A stretch of 64,000 bases of DNA from Convolutriloba macropyga (GCF_964194025.1 NC_134472.1:28210001-28274000); one strand, 5' to 3'. Shown: positions 1 through 14,100, counted from the stretch's first letter. Notes: a model not told the origin generated them from the sequence alone. A program made the numbers and translations.

Positions 1-463
1 CTTTACCAATTCCTCTTCAGGGTTTTGATTTTTTTAAAAAAATTTTTGCCAACTCCTCCTCATGGTTGGCCGCTGATTTGAGTTTTTAGAAGTCACAATA
101 GCGTGCTTCTTCTCTGAGAAGTGCTAGGAAATCGTCGATTGACTCCCCTACATTTGTGTTACGGACAGAATTTTAGCCCTTTCTGCCGTTACTAATCTTT
201 TTACAAATATAAATTTGAATTGCCAATCCGGTGTCTTTATACCTAGCACTCATTAGGCTACTAAGTTTAACAATTGCATCTTGCCCGCACAAACTGAGAA
301 AAAAATTGGTTATCTGTAGGTCCTGTATAGTACCATTGGTGTTAATCTTGTCCTCTTTCTTCTCTGCGCGACATTTAGCAACAAAAGACATAATCCAAGC
401 AGTCACTGATTCTGCTCTCTGCAGATCCAAAATGTGTCTCTCTGCAGGTGGTCTGGACATCAT
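1..463 (-). mobile_element. gag: Decayed Ty3/gypsy LTR-retrotransposon gag N-terminal fragment
   Basis: ORF 173-481 (MSRPPAERHILDLQ...FLSLCGQDAIVKL) continues after frameshifts as VTAERAKILSVTQ/VGESIDDFLALLREEARYCDF*KLK, matching the gypsy gag Q-x-x-GES-x-x-DF-x3-LR-x2-A-x2-CDF motif; runs off the window edge. Confidence 0.72.
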
Positions 464-599
464 TGTCGTGGTCGATAACACGGGTCAAAAGAGTTCAATA
501 AGTTGAGTTTAAAATTAAAATTGGAGCTGAAAATATACAAAATTAGCTCGTATATATAGTATTTATCTGTGCAAAAACATACAGAGAAAATTTGGATTA

Positions 600-1430
600 G
601 CTAAAAATAATTTGTTTGATTGACATGCGAATAGATCCTAGTTCCAAATCGCGGAGGTGTTTTCATCGACATTTCATGAGAATCATATATGGCTTAGTTA
701 CAATCGAGTTCTTTAGTTAGAGGTCGGTTGATGTTAGAATCAGGTTTCTGTGGGTGGGAGAATTTACTTCTGACATCTGATTGATAGGTCAATAAAATAA
801 TGATAGCGCCAAAAGAAAATTAGAATCGAGTTTAGTTTTGTGCCTATTTTTTATTGACATAGCAACAAAATTCGTCAGGTAAGTTCTTCTTTCGCTCTAA
901 CTTAAATAAAGAAAACATCTAAGGTTCTTGATATTTCTTTCTAACCATCACACCAAATTTTGAACCTCGTCATAATCCGACCGTTTTCTTTCAACATCAT
1001 GGAAGATGAGCTCGGAGGTTGCCTAGGTGATCTGCGGATTTACGATTTCATTTTTGATAACTAATATAGTCACGTCGGGCTGCCAGAAATAATGACCGTT
1101 TTCAACGGTATTGACCAATTCATCTAAATTCAATTGGGCGGGCTTTGTTCTCCCTATTTCATATACTTGTGCGGTAGTAACATTTCTCCATCGTTTATCA
1201 AAACAACAAACTGAATGTGGACTAACCCATCCATTTGGATCCAAGCAGCACCTAACCTCAATTTTATAGTTGCAATATACAAAATTGGAAATCTCAATCG
1301 GCATGTTGCTGCAGCTGTACTGTCCACTAATATCCAAACAGAGTTCCTTTTTAAAAAAAACCATGTGTTCAGCAAAAGAGTTGTTCAGCAAAAGATTTCT
1401 AGTGATGAAAAGAGTGAGATCGATCAAAGT
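600..1430 (-). pseudogene. Decayed long ORF of unknown family (possible large DNA element or viral gene)
   Basis: ORF 1023-1427 reads on in the same frame to about 600 with only a few stops (ATSELIFHDVERKRSDYDEVQNLV*WLERNIKNLRCFLYLS*SERRTYLTNFVAM...); no family recognised. Confidence 0.35.
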
Positions 1431-1849
1431 TCTGATTAAAAATTACAATATTGAGTTTGCTCATTTGTTTTGTTCGAACCTAGAAGTTTATTTGAGGCTT
1501 AGAAACATTATGCAACCTGGTTTTCCTGTAAATTCAATTTAGATCGATCGATATCTCTTACGGTTAGATACAAAAGCTGCAGCGCTGACAGCCTGCGGAA
1601 AAATTGAATCAATCGTTGAAAAGACTTTTTTACAATTCAAAGAATTTGAATTGTATTGGGGCGCTGTCTTTTTTACGACTCGAAGAGGAGTATTGGTTTT
1701 CTTACGGTTTTTACGACTCGAAGAGGAGTATTGGAGAAGTCCTTTTTTTTAATCAATTTTATTGGAGTGAATTTTTAAGCGGGAAATGAAACGCGTGAAA
1801 AAATTTGGAGTGATTTGGTTGCTGAACAAAAGTGAAGAGCGGAGCAAAA

Positions 1850-4800
1850 AGAGAGTGGTTTTTTGTTCATACCGCTGTTTTTGAGAGAGCGAGAAATTGA
1901 TGTGTGAAAAAATTTTCTCTGAGCGAGCGAAATTTTTTTGTTCACGTGCGGCTTTTAAAAGCAGTTTTTTGCAATTTTTCTGGTTTATGAGGTCTGATTA
2001 TGATATTGTATTGGATTTGGGCTCGTTCTGAAAGGAGCTGAAGGTTTCAAGTAGTTAATTGGAGTTTTATGCAAATTTGGAGGTTTTTGATCAGTTTTGC
2101 TGATTTTTCGACGAAATTTAATGTATTTTGGCCTTTTGTTTTGTTTTACTGCTTTAAGTGCAATTTGCATAGAAGCTCGTTACTCAAAGAATATCAAGGA
2201 TATAAATTGATTACAATTTTGTTGGTATAAAACATTTTTTTCTAAAGAAAAATGACAGAAAAATAGAGAATTTTTTAACCCCTTTTTTAATTTTTTGTTT
2301 TTTTTCGTTTTTTTTTCCATCGTAGACAATTTTTTTAGCTTGTTGTGACTTGTCCATTATTTCTTGAGCAATTCTTTGCTCTATTTGCTCAAAGTAATTT
2401 TATTTGGCTTTATTTTTTCTTGTAAATTTAAAAAAAACACCTTACTTTTTCTCGTTTTTTTTTGTTCAATTTGGTTTTAAATGTCGTTTCTGTTCTTCCT
2501 CAACCTTTGATAGCATTTGGGGAGTTTTCTAGTGGAATTCAGTTGTTGTAGCTCTTTTGGATGTCTCTCATTTTGATTGATAATAGTTTTGAGTTGTTTT
2601 TGTTAAAGAAAATCAGAACAAATTTTGGCCACTTTTTTTCTTTTTTCTAAGTTTTTTGCCGATTTCTTCCAATTTAATGTTTTTTGTTTGTAACTTTTTC
2701 CCAATAAGGAGCATTTTTGTAGGTGTTGATTCTTTGAATTTGCACTTGAAGGCTTAGCAGGGCAGTTTTCATTTAAACAAATTATACAAAACTCTAATTC
2801 GTTAAAGAGTTTTTCTTAGTCTTTTTTTAGTTTGTCGTTCAACGTTTCTCTGCAAGTACTAGGTGGGCGATTGATCAAGCCAAGTATATAACTAACTGAT
2901 TTCTATGAGTTATGAATGGGGAGCTGCATGTTATCTTTTTGTAGAGAATTTTGTTTGGATTTTTAGAGAATATTATTTTTTGCTTTTGTTCTTTGTCAAG
3001 TTTCCACTTCTCCAGTCTTTTATTTGTGAATTGGTTACAATGTCTGTCGATTATTAATATGCTGGTGATGCATCTCATTAGTGAGAATAGTCAGATTTCT
3101 ACTTCGAGTCGTTTCCGGAATTCTTCCGGCTATGTTTTTTTTTTACCGGAAGTACTATTCGTTCAGACGATTTTTTGACCTGAAAGCGAAAGTGAGTAAA
3201 AATGCAGTGTGAACTAATTTTTTCTGAGCGAGAGAAGTTTTTTGATCATGCGCTGCGTTTAGTGAATGACTTCTTGACTTTGAAAAAAAGTTTTTGACTG
3301 AATGGCACATATAGATAACGGTTTTTGGCCGTTTTTTCGTCCAAGTGCCCCTTTTTTCTTGCTTGCGATTTGCTTTTTCGTAGAAATAATGTTTATTGGA
3401 TGCTATATTGAAACGTAAACCTCGGAAATTGATACCACAGTGTTTTGCAGAGCCTGAAAATGCGTTTGAAGTTCAAAATTGTCACATATTTCTTGATTTT
3501 TTTGTTAATTTTTGTCTTTTTTTTCTAGTAATTTCTTCATTTTTTGATCTTTCAGCCGTTTTTTTGTCAAAAATCAGTTAACATAGCATCGTCCCTTTGA
3601 TAATTCTTATACTCAACACCTCTTTCTATCTCGATGTAATTTCGTTTTATAAAATTGTACATATGCTAATCCGATTTTGGTAGTTTTTTTTCCAATTGTT
3701 CTCAGTTTTGTTTTTTATTTGGTTTTAATTACTAGCACTATTCTTTTTGTGCAACATGACGGACTTAAATTTCGTTCAACAAAAATCAATCATTTTTTGG
3801 CGTTAAGTTTTTGAAAACCTATTTTTTTTATTAAAAATTTTTTCATAAATGCGGTCTGAAAAATTTTGAACATTTTTTTTGCAAATTTTTTTGTAGGTTT
3901 GAATTCTGATCTTGCCTTTTTTGTTCCGTTTCGTTTGATGATGGATATTTGTCTCAGATGTCTCGTTGTTTTTACTATGTCTCGAATGCTGAAGATTAAA
4001 ATGTAATCGTTTTCTTCATTTATTTAATTTGATTTTTAACTTTCAAAAATCAAGAATTAGTCTTTTTGTTACTGTGTTCCTTACATTCTGTCCTTTTTCT
4101 CACATTCTAGTTTGTATCATTCTGGCTTTGTCCTTGCATCTACATTTTTATTCGTTTTTAAAATTTTTTCAGTTGTTAAAAATTGAATCATTTCAGGTTT
4201 TTCTTAGATTTTTGTCATTTCTTTGGTTTGCAATTGATTTCATTCATCATACATTAGTCCTGAGAGTTTGCTAGAAAACCTATTCCAAAATTTTTGCTTA
4301 TCATTGCTTATTACAGTTTTCTTTAGTCCTTGGTATTGTTTTTAAACAATGTTTTGCCTTCTGTTGCTGATTTTTTTTGTGGCTTGTGGTTTCTATTAAT
4401 TTAATTTTTGAATTAGTATGAAATCATGTTGTCTGGAATATATACATCAAGGAAGAAGTATGTGTTGTTTTTGGCTTAATTGCTGTGATTGGAAATCTAA
4501 TTATAGTGGTTTTCCGATTCTTAAATTTGCGCATTATTGAAAAATTTAACTTAGTTTCTATGTATATTATTTGCCGTCTGCTTTCGCGACTTTGAGATTA
4601 GAATCATGAGTTATTTGAGCGCAATTGATAACCGTTTCAGCTTTTTCAGGCGGTTGGTATTTTGGCCATCCTAATTATATCGCTCTTTTTTAATGTTGCC
4701 AAACGTTTTCAATAATATAAAATTTTGCTGCATTTTGTTTCTCTTGGTGATAGTGGTTTAAATTTAGCTATTTTTTAGATCAGACCTGGGGAGGTAATGA

Positions 4801-5120
4801 GTTAAAGATTTAATACAAAGCAAAGGGAAATGACTTCAGCTGCAATTACGGTTTTTTTGTGAAGTTTTGCTGCTTCCAGTCGCTTCCGGAATTCTTCCGG
4901 CTATGTTTTTTTTTAAGATCTGTTCACACATTTTCATGATTTTTGAAGTCAAATTGGAGTAGTGGTTTTGGTCACGCCGAAACAGGAAATGAAGCGAAAA
5001 AGCGAGTGGTTTTGCGGCGTGAATTTTTTTCGCTCTAATTTTAAAGTAGAGTGAGAAAACGGTGTTTGAACAAAAATTCGGTTTCTCGGTAGTGGTTTTT
5101 TGTTCACATGCGGCAATTTC
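1850..5120. repeat. Dispersed repeated cassette (three diverged copies at about 1850-1960, 3110-3260 and 4880-5120)
   Basis: TTCCGGAATTCTTCCGGCTATGTTTTTTTT at ~3113 and ~4884; a GAGCGAG...TTTTGTTCACRTGCGGC-like motif at ~1920, ~3225 and ~5100. Confidence 0.55.
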
Positions 5121-6065
5121 ACTCTGACTTTTACTGTTTTTTCGATTTTCTGGATCGGATTTTTTTCTAAATGGTTTTCCCAATCTATTCACAGCTCATT
5201 CTAGACCTAGTTTTTTGTTTGAATTAATTTTTCATTTCCCGCTAGTGGTTTTTTTGGTTCACATGCGACATTTTGACATTGATTGTCTGTTTTTTCTTAT
5301 TTTTTTATCTGATTTTTTCTAAAATGGTTTTCGCATTTCACTCATAGTTCTTTCTAGGTCTAATTTTTCTTTTTAGTCAATGAAAATTCTTTGAATTGTA
5401 CGTCAGGACTTGTCCTGCTATGTTTTTCAATTTCTTCCTCTTTGAGGAGAAAATTGATTAAATGAACAAACGGCTTTGTTTGTGACTTTTTCACGCATTG
5501 TATAGCTAGCTTACTTTGCAAAAATATTCATTTGAGTTATTGTAATTATTTGATCACTCCTCTAAACACAGTCTGGAACATAAATATTAGTTAAAAAGTG
5601 CACAAACAAATACACAGTTTTTATTTTTTGATTTAAGTGAACCATTCATTAATCCGAGGATTCACAAAAGCCTGTTTCCACATAATCTATGAAAAGATAC
5701 TTAAAGGCTAATTTGTCGAAACTTTGGTTGCTAATTTAACTAATTTTATCCAGTTATCAAAAACTGCTTTGAATTGAAGTACAGTTTAACGTAGATTGCC
5801 GAATTATGGTGAAATTAACGTTTTGATTGCTATTAATTCCAGCACTATTCACAATTTGCACTGATAATATTGAGTTAGAAGTCAGTATGATTTTGCGACC
5901 GGGTTTATTCAGATAATTCCGCTTTATTTGACTTTAAGTAAATATCAACCTCAACAGCAATCATTATAATGGCTGATAATAATCAATATTATTAATTAAT
6001 ATCTTCACAGTTGCTTATTTACCTTCGTTATAAACAGTAATGGCGTTAGTCAGTCGTAAAAAGCA

Positions 6066-6568
6066 CCATTTTTTTTGTTGTTGTTTAAGGAATTTGTAGT
6101 TCTGGTGAAACTATCCCTGTCGTCATGGTGAAAAGAATGTCCAGTTATTTCTGCAGTCGTTGCAATCACAAAAGTATTAGCACCTGTAGTTATTAAATTC
6201 CGAACATTTTTCATTGAAAAATCTCCACATTTTGTGTGCAAAATGCGATTTTTTTTAAAGCAATGCTCTTGCTTCTTTCTGTGTATGTGCACAGTCGGTT
6301 GATAAGTCTGCATGTCCGATGTACAAAATTGTGTCTTGCCTTCTCTGTCCGTCTTTTTGGCATCTTGAAGGTCGCTGATAGTTGTGCTTGGTCTTCATTG
6401 ACATCAGGCAGTAATAGCTTGCACTCTTTGTTTTTGGCTAATTTATGAGCATCAAAATGTTTAGTTGAAGAAACATGGGAGTGGTAGAATATTTAATAGA
6501 CGCAACTGGTTTTTGTAGCTTGTTTCTCGGTTTACTGTGAACCATTTCACCACTTTCTGGAATTTTTC
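6066..6568 (-). mobile_element. 3' fragment of CR1/L2-group LINE ORF2 with (CAA)n tail
   Basis: Reverse translation gives KVVKWFTVNRETSYKNQLRLLNILPLP...RTEKARHNFVHRTCRLINRL...FCDCNDCRN, homologous to the 51.7-52.1 kb LINE end; the tail reads aacaacaacaaaa. Confidence 0.75.
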
Positions 6569-7129
6569 AAAGAGCAGAATTTTACGTTTAGACGAAGAAA
6601 CGCTCGGAAAAACATAAAGAAGGACGGGAATTTGGAATGATTTTTAGAGAAGCGGTCTAATCAATGTTTTAACGTAGCAATGAAACCTGTACAGTTTTTC
6701 TAGTAAATTTTTGTTTTGTACCGAGAAGAAATATAGCAAGGACAGAGAGCAGGATGAAAAAACGCTGGAGGAAAACTTTCTTTTTTGAAATCATTTTCAT
6801 TAAAATTGTGTTTCAAAATTAAATTGTTTAGTTGTTTAGAGACAACCCAAAATTTTCCTCAAAAAGTACTTGCTGAATTATATTTATTCAAGTAGCATTG
6901 CCAATTCACCGGGAGAGTAAAAATATAACAAAATATCTGAAAGTAATGTAAAACGGCAAAGTAACAAAAAAATTATTTGAGTACAATTAAACATTTTAAT
7001 GAGTGAAAAAAGCCATTTGGGTAAAAAAAACCAAATAACTAAGAAACAAAATTGAATATGCCTAAAGTGAACAAATAATTCATCGTGACACGCTAAAAAG
7101 ATTTGCACTTTTTGCTCGTTTTCTTATAG

Positions 7130-7510
7130 GAGACCTGGACCAGCGCGTTTGTCTATTTCGCTCTTTTTTGGTTCAGCGGATTGACCTGAAGACTAAAAAC
7201 AGTCGAGTAGTAAAAGGGATAACGCCTAAAGAGTACCCATTTGAGTAGCGGATGACGGCTACTAAAAACGGTAAAGGTGCCAATCCCCGATGTTAATATT
7301 TCATATCACTAATACGAAAGATTGAATGTGATATTTAATTACTCAATGTCCTGTTTTAGGAGAAGAGAGAGAAGCACGATTAGAGAAAAAGCGAATTCGA
7401 GAGATGGGCTACGACGTCAGAGAGAGCTTCCACTGGGCCAGATTTGCGGATGCAAATGCCATTGTCATAGTTGGGGCTACTGTACTTATTTATGTACTCT
7501 TTTTCTAACA
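7130..7510 (+). pseudogene. Last two exons of an SLC5/sodium-solute symporter (SGLT-like) gene, disabled
   Basis: AG acceptors at 7128-29 and 7358-59, GT donor at 7271. Translation: ...FALFWFSGL(frameshift)...FE*RMTATKNG|EEREARLEKKRIREMGYDVRESFHWARFADANAIVIVGATVLIYVLFS. This resembles the SGLT C-terminus (FCGL...[21 protein letters not shown]). One stop and one frameshift. Confidence 0.55.
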
Positions 7511-10170
7511 AATACCAATTTGCAATTTGTTTTTTTATGTACCTCTATCTTTATATGTTTATAATTCAAATTTTATTACTTCTCAAGGATCCCAATTTTA
7601 GCCGATATCTCCAATTAGCAGCTCAAAATCAAAACAATAAGTAAATTTAGATAAAAACTGGATCTCCATAATATAGAGCTCCTAGCGTAGTGCGCATACC
7701 TTACTTTTTGGGAAGATTCTTCTAGTTTTTTGCAAGATGATTGAAAACTTTCAAGGTTCCTGCGCAAATCATGCAAAAATATGAATAAACTAATGATCTC
7801 AAAGGGCTGTTGGAAAGAACTTAATGCCCTTCGGACACGTTTGACAACTCTAATTGATAAAAGACACTTTTCACAACTCTTATCTGGCAGTAATTCGAAA
7901 TCTAGAAAAGTTCTTGTAACATTTTTAAAAATGTGGTGGTGCTTGTGAGGTTGAAAACAATCTTTAAGAACATACGAAAGCAGAATTAAAACATAAAAAC
8001 CATCTAAACTTGAGGAAAGAAAGGCTAGACTGTAAGTTGGACCGATTCTAGGGCTACACATATAGCGAGCAGTTTTTTTATGGCGTGACCAGCTGCAAAT
8101 TTAGCTTTGCCTCATAATAAATTCACCAGACATCAAAACTTAGTAAACCCTCTTTGGGAGATCATCGGTTTTTAAACATGAGAAATCGTCGGTTTCGTCG
8201 TTTTTGTATAGCCAAAAACAACGAAATTTTCTACATTCTTTAGTCGGAATCATTGTTTTTGTTCGGTATTTAACACAACACAAAAATATCATGAACTTCT
8301 ATCTTCTGGGTTTTCAAAGCAGGTTAGTCCAGCAGACGACCAAAAAACTGTCGTCATGTTCGATTTCAAACGCAATCAACCGTAAAAAAATTTGCTTGTA
8401 AACTACAAGAAAGTATGTCAAAACTCAGTGGATGTGAACTAATCAACGGAATTCTCATCAATGTTCAATCATTCTCTCCATTATGTTACAATTTTGAATT
8501 CAATAATAACCAAAAAATTGTAATTGTTCAATCAGTTTTGTGAACGAGCTAGAGAATATACTTTTGCACATTCTTTCAGAAATTGTCTCTAGCACGTACG
8601 TTTGAAATTCCCACGAAAAGAACGCTATCATAACGTTTGACAACATACACAAAAAAATCAAAATTTCATTTGGACAAAAACCGACAATTTCTGAATTCTA
8701 AAACCGAACATACCAACGATATCTTACGATTAAATGCCGAATCGTCTAAAACCGGACAAACCGAATCTCTCTTGCGTCCGAAAAGGACGATATCCAATCA
8801 TTCTTACGTTTGAACCCGACAATACCGAACAAGCTAACCGTACCGACACTTACTTACGTTTGAAACCGAACATTTCATAGATTACTTATAAATGTATCGT
8901 CGTTTTTGTTCGGTTTTCTCAACTAGGAAAGAGATAGTTTTCGGCAAAACGTAGACAAAAATTCAATCAGTGCTTTTGCTCTCACTATTGTACGAACGCT
9001 GCAACATGCGCCACAAATAAGAACAATGATTGAACACAAGCGACGTTCAGAAGTTATAGCGAGGAGGTCAACCTATCGGGAGAACTGCTGAAGAGCGTTG
9101 ACGACGATAGCAGGCTCACCCAAATTTTGAGTGGACCCAAGTGACGCCTGAAATTATTAGCAGATTGTTATTGGCAAAAGTGGCACAAAGCTAACAATAA
9201 AAATTTGATACAAACAGGCCCGTTCCTCGATGCAACAAAGGGGATCCCTATTGTGAGTAAAGTTCCCACAACTTGGACAGGTAATTTCTTCGAGCATATG
9301 GAGAAGAATGCCAATCCCGTTTTCCGCAAAGCCAATATTTAGGCCCGCTAATACCGAGCTACTGGATAACTCTGAATACTTGAGGACAAACGAAAATTAT
9401 TGATCTTCATGACTTCTTTTTTGCTTTGTTTTTGAGTGTTCATAGCATAAATCTTTCAAAAGTTTTTTCAGATAGCTGATAGCTATTTTCCATAACACCC
9501 TCCGCTTTAGAAATTACGTCGGCAAAATATTTCGGTCAGCTGGTTTAAACGAAGGCTTACATCTCCAGCGAGACATTATTGCATTAGACTTGTAATGAAC
9601 TATTGTCTATCAAGGTAAGGATCAAGGAGGCTCGCTAATGTCACTCGGCTGTCAAGTAGGCCAAGGAGGCTCGCTCTCTCAACTGTCTACCAATTGAAGC
9701 TGAGATAGACTGTTTCTAAATAAGTAGAGCACATTTTTTATTTAAATTTTGATTGATCCATATAAAAAGGACAAAGGTCTCTACGAAAAAGGGCTCAAAA
9801 GGGCTCTTCACGGATTGACAGACATAAAATCAAATCTGATGAATTTTCTCTAATAGAAAAAAAATTATAAAGTGAACTACCAAAAAAATTTTACCAAAAA
9901 AACAAAGTGAACCCAGAAGTCAGAAAAAGATGGAAAATAGTCTCTGCACTCAATTCGAAATCTTAATCGAGAATGCAAAATCAGATCAAATTCAAAGAGA
10001 GCTTAACCAAGTTGTACATGAACTAAATCACAATTGAAGAAATTCATGTTTGCCATTGGAGCTTATGAAAAAGTTGCTCTAGCAATTTCGCTTTCAACTC
10101 ATATAGGCAAACAGATGCTGAAATGAAAAAAGAGGAGCTTTTAGGTAAAACTCCAACTACCCAGGTTGAG

Positions 10171-10512
10171 GTTGCGCTCGAAATCGCCTCTGATCAGACC
10201 GTCCCAGACAAGTGGGGCCTCTGATCAGACCGTCCCAGACCGAAGTGATCTCTGATCAGACGAGTGTGCGCTCGAAGATCGTTGTGCGCTCGAAGTGCGC
10301 TCGAATCCGCCTCTGATCAGACTGAAGTGCGCTCGAAATAGCCTCTGATCAGACTGAAGTGCGCTCGAAATTGCCTATGATCAGACTAAAGTGCGCTCGA
10401 AATCACCTCTGATCAGACAAAAGTGCGCTCGAAATCACCTCTGATCAGAAAAAAGTGCGCTCGAAGTTGCCTCTGTTTAGACTAAAGTACGTTCAAAATA
10501 GTCCGATCAGAG
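10171..10512. repeat. Minisatellite, ~30-31 bp units built from GTGCGCTCGAA, CCTCTGATCAGAC and CGTCCCAGAC modules
   Basis: About ten units seen directly; each contains the palindrome TCTGATCAGA. Confidence 0.9.
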
Positions 10513-10920
10513 AATGATTTTGAACATGAACAAATCTCTCAATATCGCTATAATATATTCATTTCATGAAAATCCATGTTATCAATCCTATATTCAACTA
10601 ACAAAAAACCGATCCTAAAAGTATTGCTAATGAAATTAAAACAAAAAAAAATGCTCAAAAAATTATTGAAAATGCCATTTATTTATGTTTTTAACCGAAT
10701 AAATGAATTTAGACAGCTTTGCATAAAAACGTCTTGATCTAATTTGATTCAAAATCTTTTCTTGAGGGGACCGGTAGTTGCTATCAGCTGGACCCCTTGG
10801 TTCTGATCAAACCCATCAGATTTTCAGATGGAGTTTGGATCAGAATGGTGTTTTATTGTTGTCTCTTACCAGAGACAACAAATGTCAGTAAAAAAAAACA
10901 AAAAAAACTTGAAAAAAAAT

Positions 10921-11160
10921 TCGCTCGACGTGGTCTCTGGTCAGACTAGTGTGCGCTGGAAACTGCCTCTGATCAGACCGTCCCAGACCAAAGTGACCTC
11001 TGATCAGACCGTCCCAGACCAAAGTGGCCTCTGATCAGGCAAGTTCCAGACCATTGTCCAGGCAAAAGTGCGCTCGAAGCCTTTTCCAGACCATGTAATT
11101 CGAGCGCACCGAGAACATGTGTGCGCTCGAAGATGGTCTGATTAGAGCTCAATTCTGTCT
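10921..11160. repeat. Second array of the same minisatellite
   Basis: CCTCTGATCAGACCGTCCCAGACCAAAGTG units and GTGCGCTCGAA modules, some inverted. Confidence 0.85.
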
Positions 11161-14100
11161 GGCCACCTCGACGTGGGTACTTTTGCTTTAACAACCTCGC
11201 ACTTCATACTTTTACTACCACACATTGAATTACAGAGTCTAAAACCAACTCGGACATTTTGTTAATGATATGAATTCATGAGTCGACAGAACAATATTGA
11301 AGGGCAAAACTTTTCATTATTATTGAAAGAAAATAGAAACACTTTTGTAGGAGAATAAACCAAATCCGAAGTTTCAATTATGGATTTTTGAGAAACCAAA
11401 TGGACTTGTCAGCAATCAAAATCACCGATAAGTCCAATTGCGAGGCACCAATTTTGAACAGTTAAAAAATAAAAATTAAGTAATGATAAAACTCAAACAT
11501 TCTGCAAAATTTTACAAATTTAAATTGCGTTAATCTTAAATCAATGACTACTCACCAATTGGACGAGAAATTTTGATACGAATATGCTAATTATTGAGTC
11601 ATGAAATTTTAAAAATGAGACTCAAGGACAAGACAAAAAAATCAACAAAATCAGAACACAAAATTTAATTTTTTTGACAAAGCTGTCAGTCATGAAAAAT
11701 ATTATACATGCAAAAGTTCAATGAAGAGCGGGAAAAAATTTTAATATAACTAAAATTTCGTAAAAGTTTTGTTTTTAAAATTTGAAATCAATATCCAACC
11801 TCACAGGAAAGGTCAAAAACATAACCTCCAAAAACAATTACACGCGTTTGATTTTGTAGCAGACAAAACCTCTCGTTAATGAAAAAATATTGCAACCAAA
11901 AAAAGAAAATTGGCGCAATTTTTTCCATATTCTTTTTATTGTTTTTGAAAGCTTCCTAATCAAACAATTAGTCTTTTGGCAATCGGAATAACTGATAGTT
12001 CCAATTTAAAAACACCAGGTTCAACGAAGGAAATGGATGAGCAATATACCAAATATAGAAAAAACATCCACAAAATTTTACAAATTTTAATTGGCGTCGT
12101 TTTAAATTTTTTTAATCTATGATCAGCTGAAATCTGAAAAAAAATTAATTCATTTCGGCTTCTTTTTTGACCGATGAAGTCTTTACATAAAATATACATG
12201 CACTTGTAATATGGAATATCATTTTTGCTTACTTTAATCAACTCCTTTAACTGTTAAAATTTCGCTATTGATAAAAAACAATCTAAAAACATGTTTCCAT
12301 CTGCTGAAATACAAATAGTTTCTTCGGAACGCCAGGCCAATCATTATTGTTGTTTTCGAATCTAGAAATTGCTGGTAGCCTGAGATGTCAATGGCGTTCG
12401 TTTTAATCCACTCTTAAACCCCATAGAATTTTTCTTTTTATTAAAAAATCAGCAAAGTAAGTTAAATAAGTGGATATATCTAGATGAAAACTTTTTTCTA
12501 TACCAAAACTATAACAAAAAATTTTTTTGCAGACTACGTATACTCTGTATCTCCGTACTAATTTTGAACAACTTTCAACAACGACTCGACAAAATTTATT
12601 GGTTGTTCGAATAAAACTTAAAAAATTTGATAAAATAAAATAAAATTGATTATTTTACAGATCTTTGACCGTAAACCACAAGAAAAACCTCCTAAAGGCA
12701 TAATGATTTCACAGAAATCAATGTTCGAGAAAATCCTAGAAGAAGAGAAAACTTATGCACAACTTTCACTACTCACCTGCTTGAGATGTCAACTCAACTT
12801 TTCAAAACTATACCTAGAGATCAAAATCTTGTTGTTTTACAATCTTAATGGGCACGCTAATATAAAAATCTAGTATCAATAACACTGAATAACTCCTGGA
12901 TTTCAATTTTTTTCGAAAAAATGTGAATTATATTACCGAAATTCAGATATAATTGTACTATTTTACAAAGACATCTACACCAATTTAAAAGTTTCACACT
13001 TTACGTACTAGTGGTAGTCTGGGATCTCAATATAGTTCAATTTCAAAAACTCATTGCTTGATGAACATCCATTATTTTTAAAATTTTTGTTCGCATTAAT
13101 CGCCAAACTACGTCTTAAATACCAACTTTAACGAAATTTGATTCACGTTTAACAATTCCCTGACCCGATACAATCTAAAATGAAAACTTTTTCTCCAGAC
13201 AAGCTAAATCAAAACCTGTTTTTGTCGCAAATTTTACATAATCTGTTCATTTATATCAGGTTTGAATCACTTTGAAGAACTACCTGACATGATGCTTTTT
13301 TATTTATTTTTTTTTCGAATGAAAGACGCTATTGTTGACAAAACTGCATACAAAATAAAATCAGCTTTTCGCAGATTTTTTGCCAAAAGCAACAATTACT
13401 TGGAAGAATTATATCTATCAAATGGAAATATCCGCTTTTTTCATGTTTTCAAAGTTTGTAAAACAATGTGGGCCAAAGAATATGCTTGAAGCCAAACAAA
13501 ATGATAACGCAGACTACCAGTAGAAGGTGGATTGTAAAACTAACGAAATTGGTCTTCCGTTCCTGAAAAGAAGTGCGTATGTTAACTCAAACAATTCATT
13601 TTTTGCATTATGTGTTTTTATCAGAATAAGCATTTTGTCAATCATGGAGTTGTTTTAAGTGAACAATTTGATTTTCCAGACTAGAGTACTATGTAAATTG
13701 GTAAATTGCAAAGCCAAAGAAATGGTGACCCGACCTTCCTCGAAAGAAGTTCGTATCACAAACTCAAATATCCACTTTTTGGTTTATGATAGTTTCGAAA
13801 ATAATGAAAACTGTTTGCGGAAAAAACTGAATAAATTGAATTAAAGTAAACTCTCCGATTACCCGCCGTTGTATGTAATTTGTAAAACAACATTCCTGCA
13901 AAAGATGTCCATATTTCAACTGTAAAATCCAGTTTCGTTCATTTTATGAAAAATAGTGAAAGTTTTTTGGGTCAAAGAATGTAATAAACCGTATGAAACT
14001 AAAATCCCAGACTACCATTAACATGTAGATTGTCAAACAAAATTGGTCGGCCTAACGTTCCTGGAAAAAAGTTCTTATGTCAACTGCAACTATCCCACTT

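Noticed and set aside
7615-9420. 148-aa ORF and GC-richer coding-like patches
   Set aside because: No recognisable motifs or consistent exon structure could be supported.
10171-11160. CRISPR-like look of short palindromic repeats
   Set aside because: No unique spacers, no cas genes and a eukaryotic context; it is a minisatellite.
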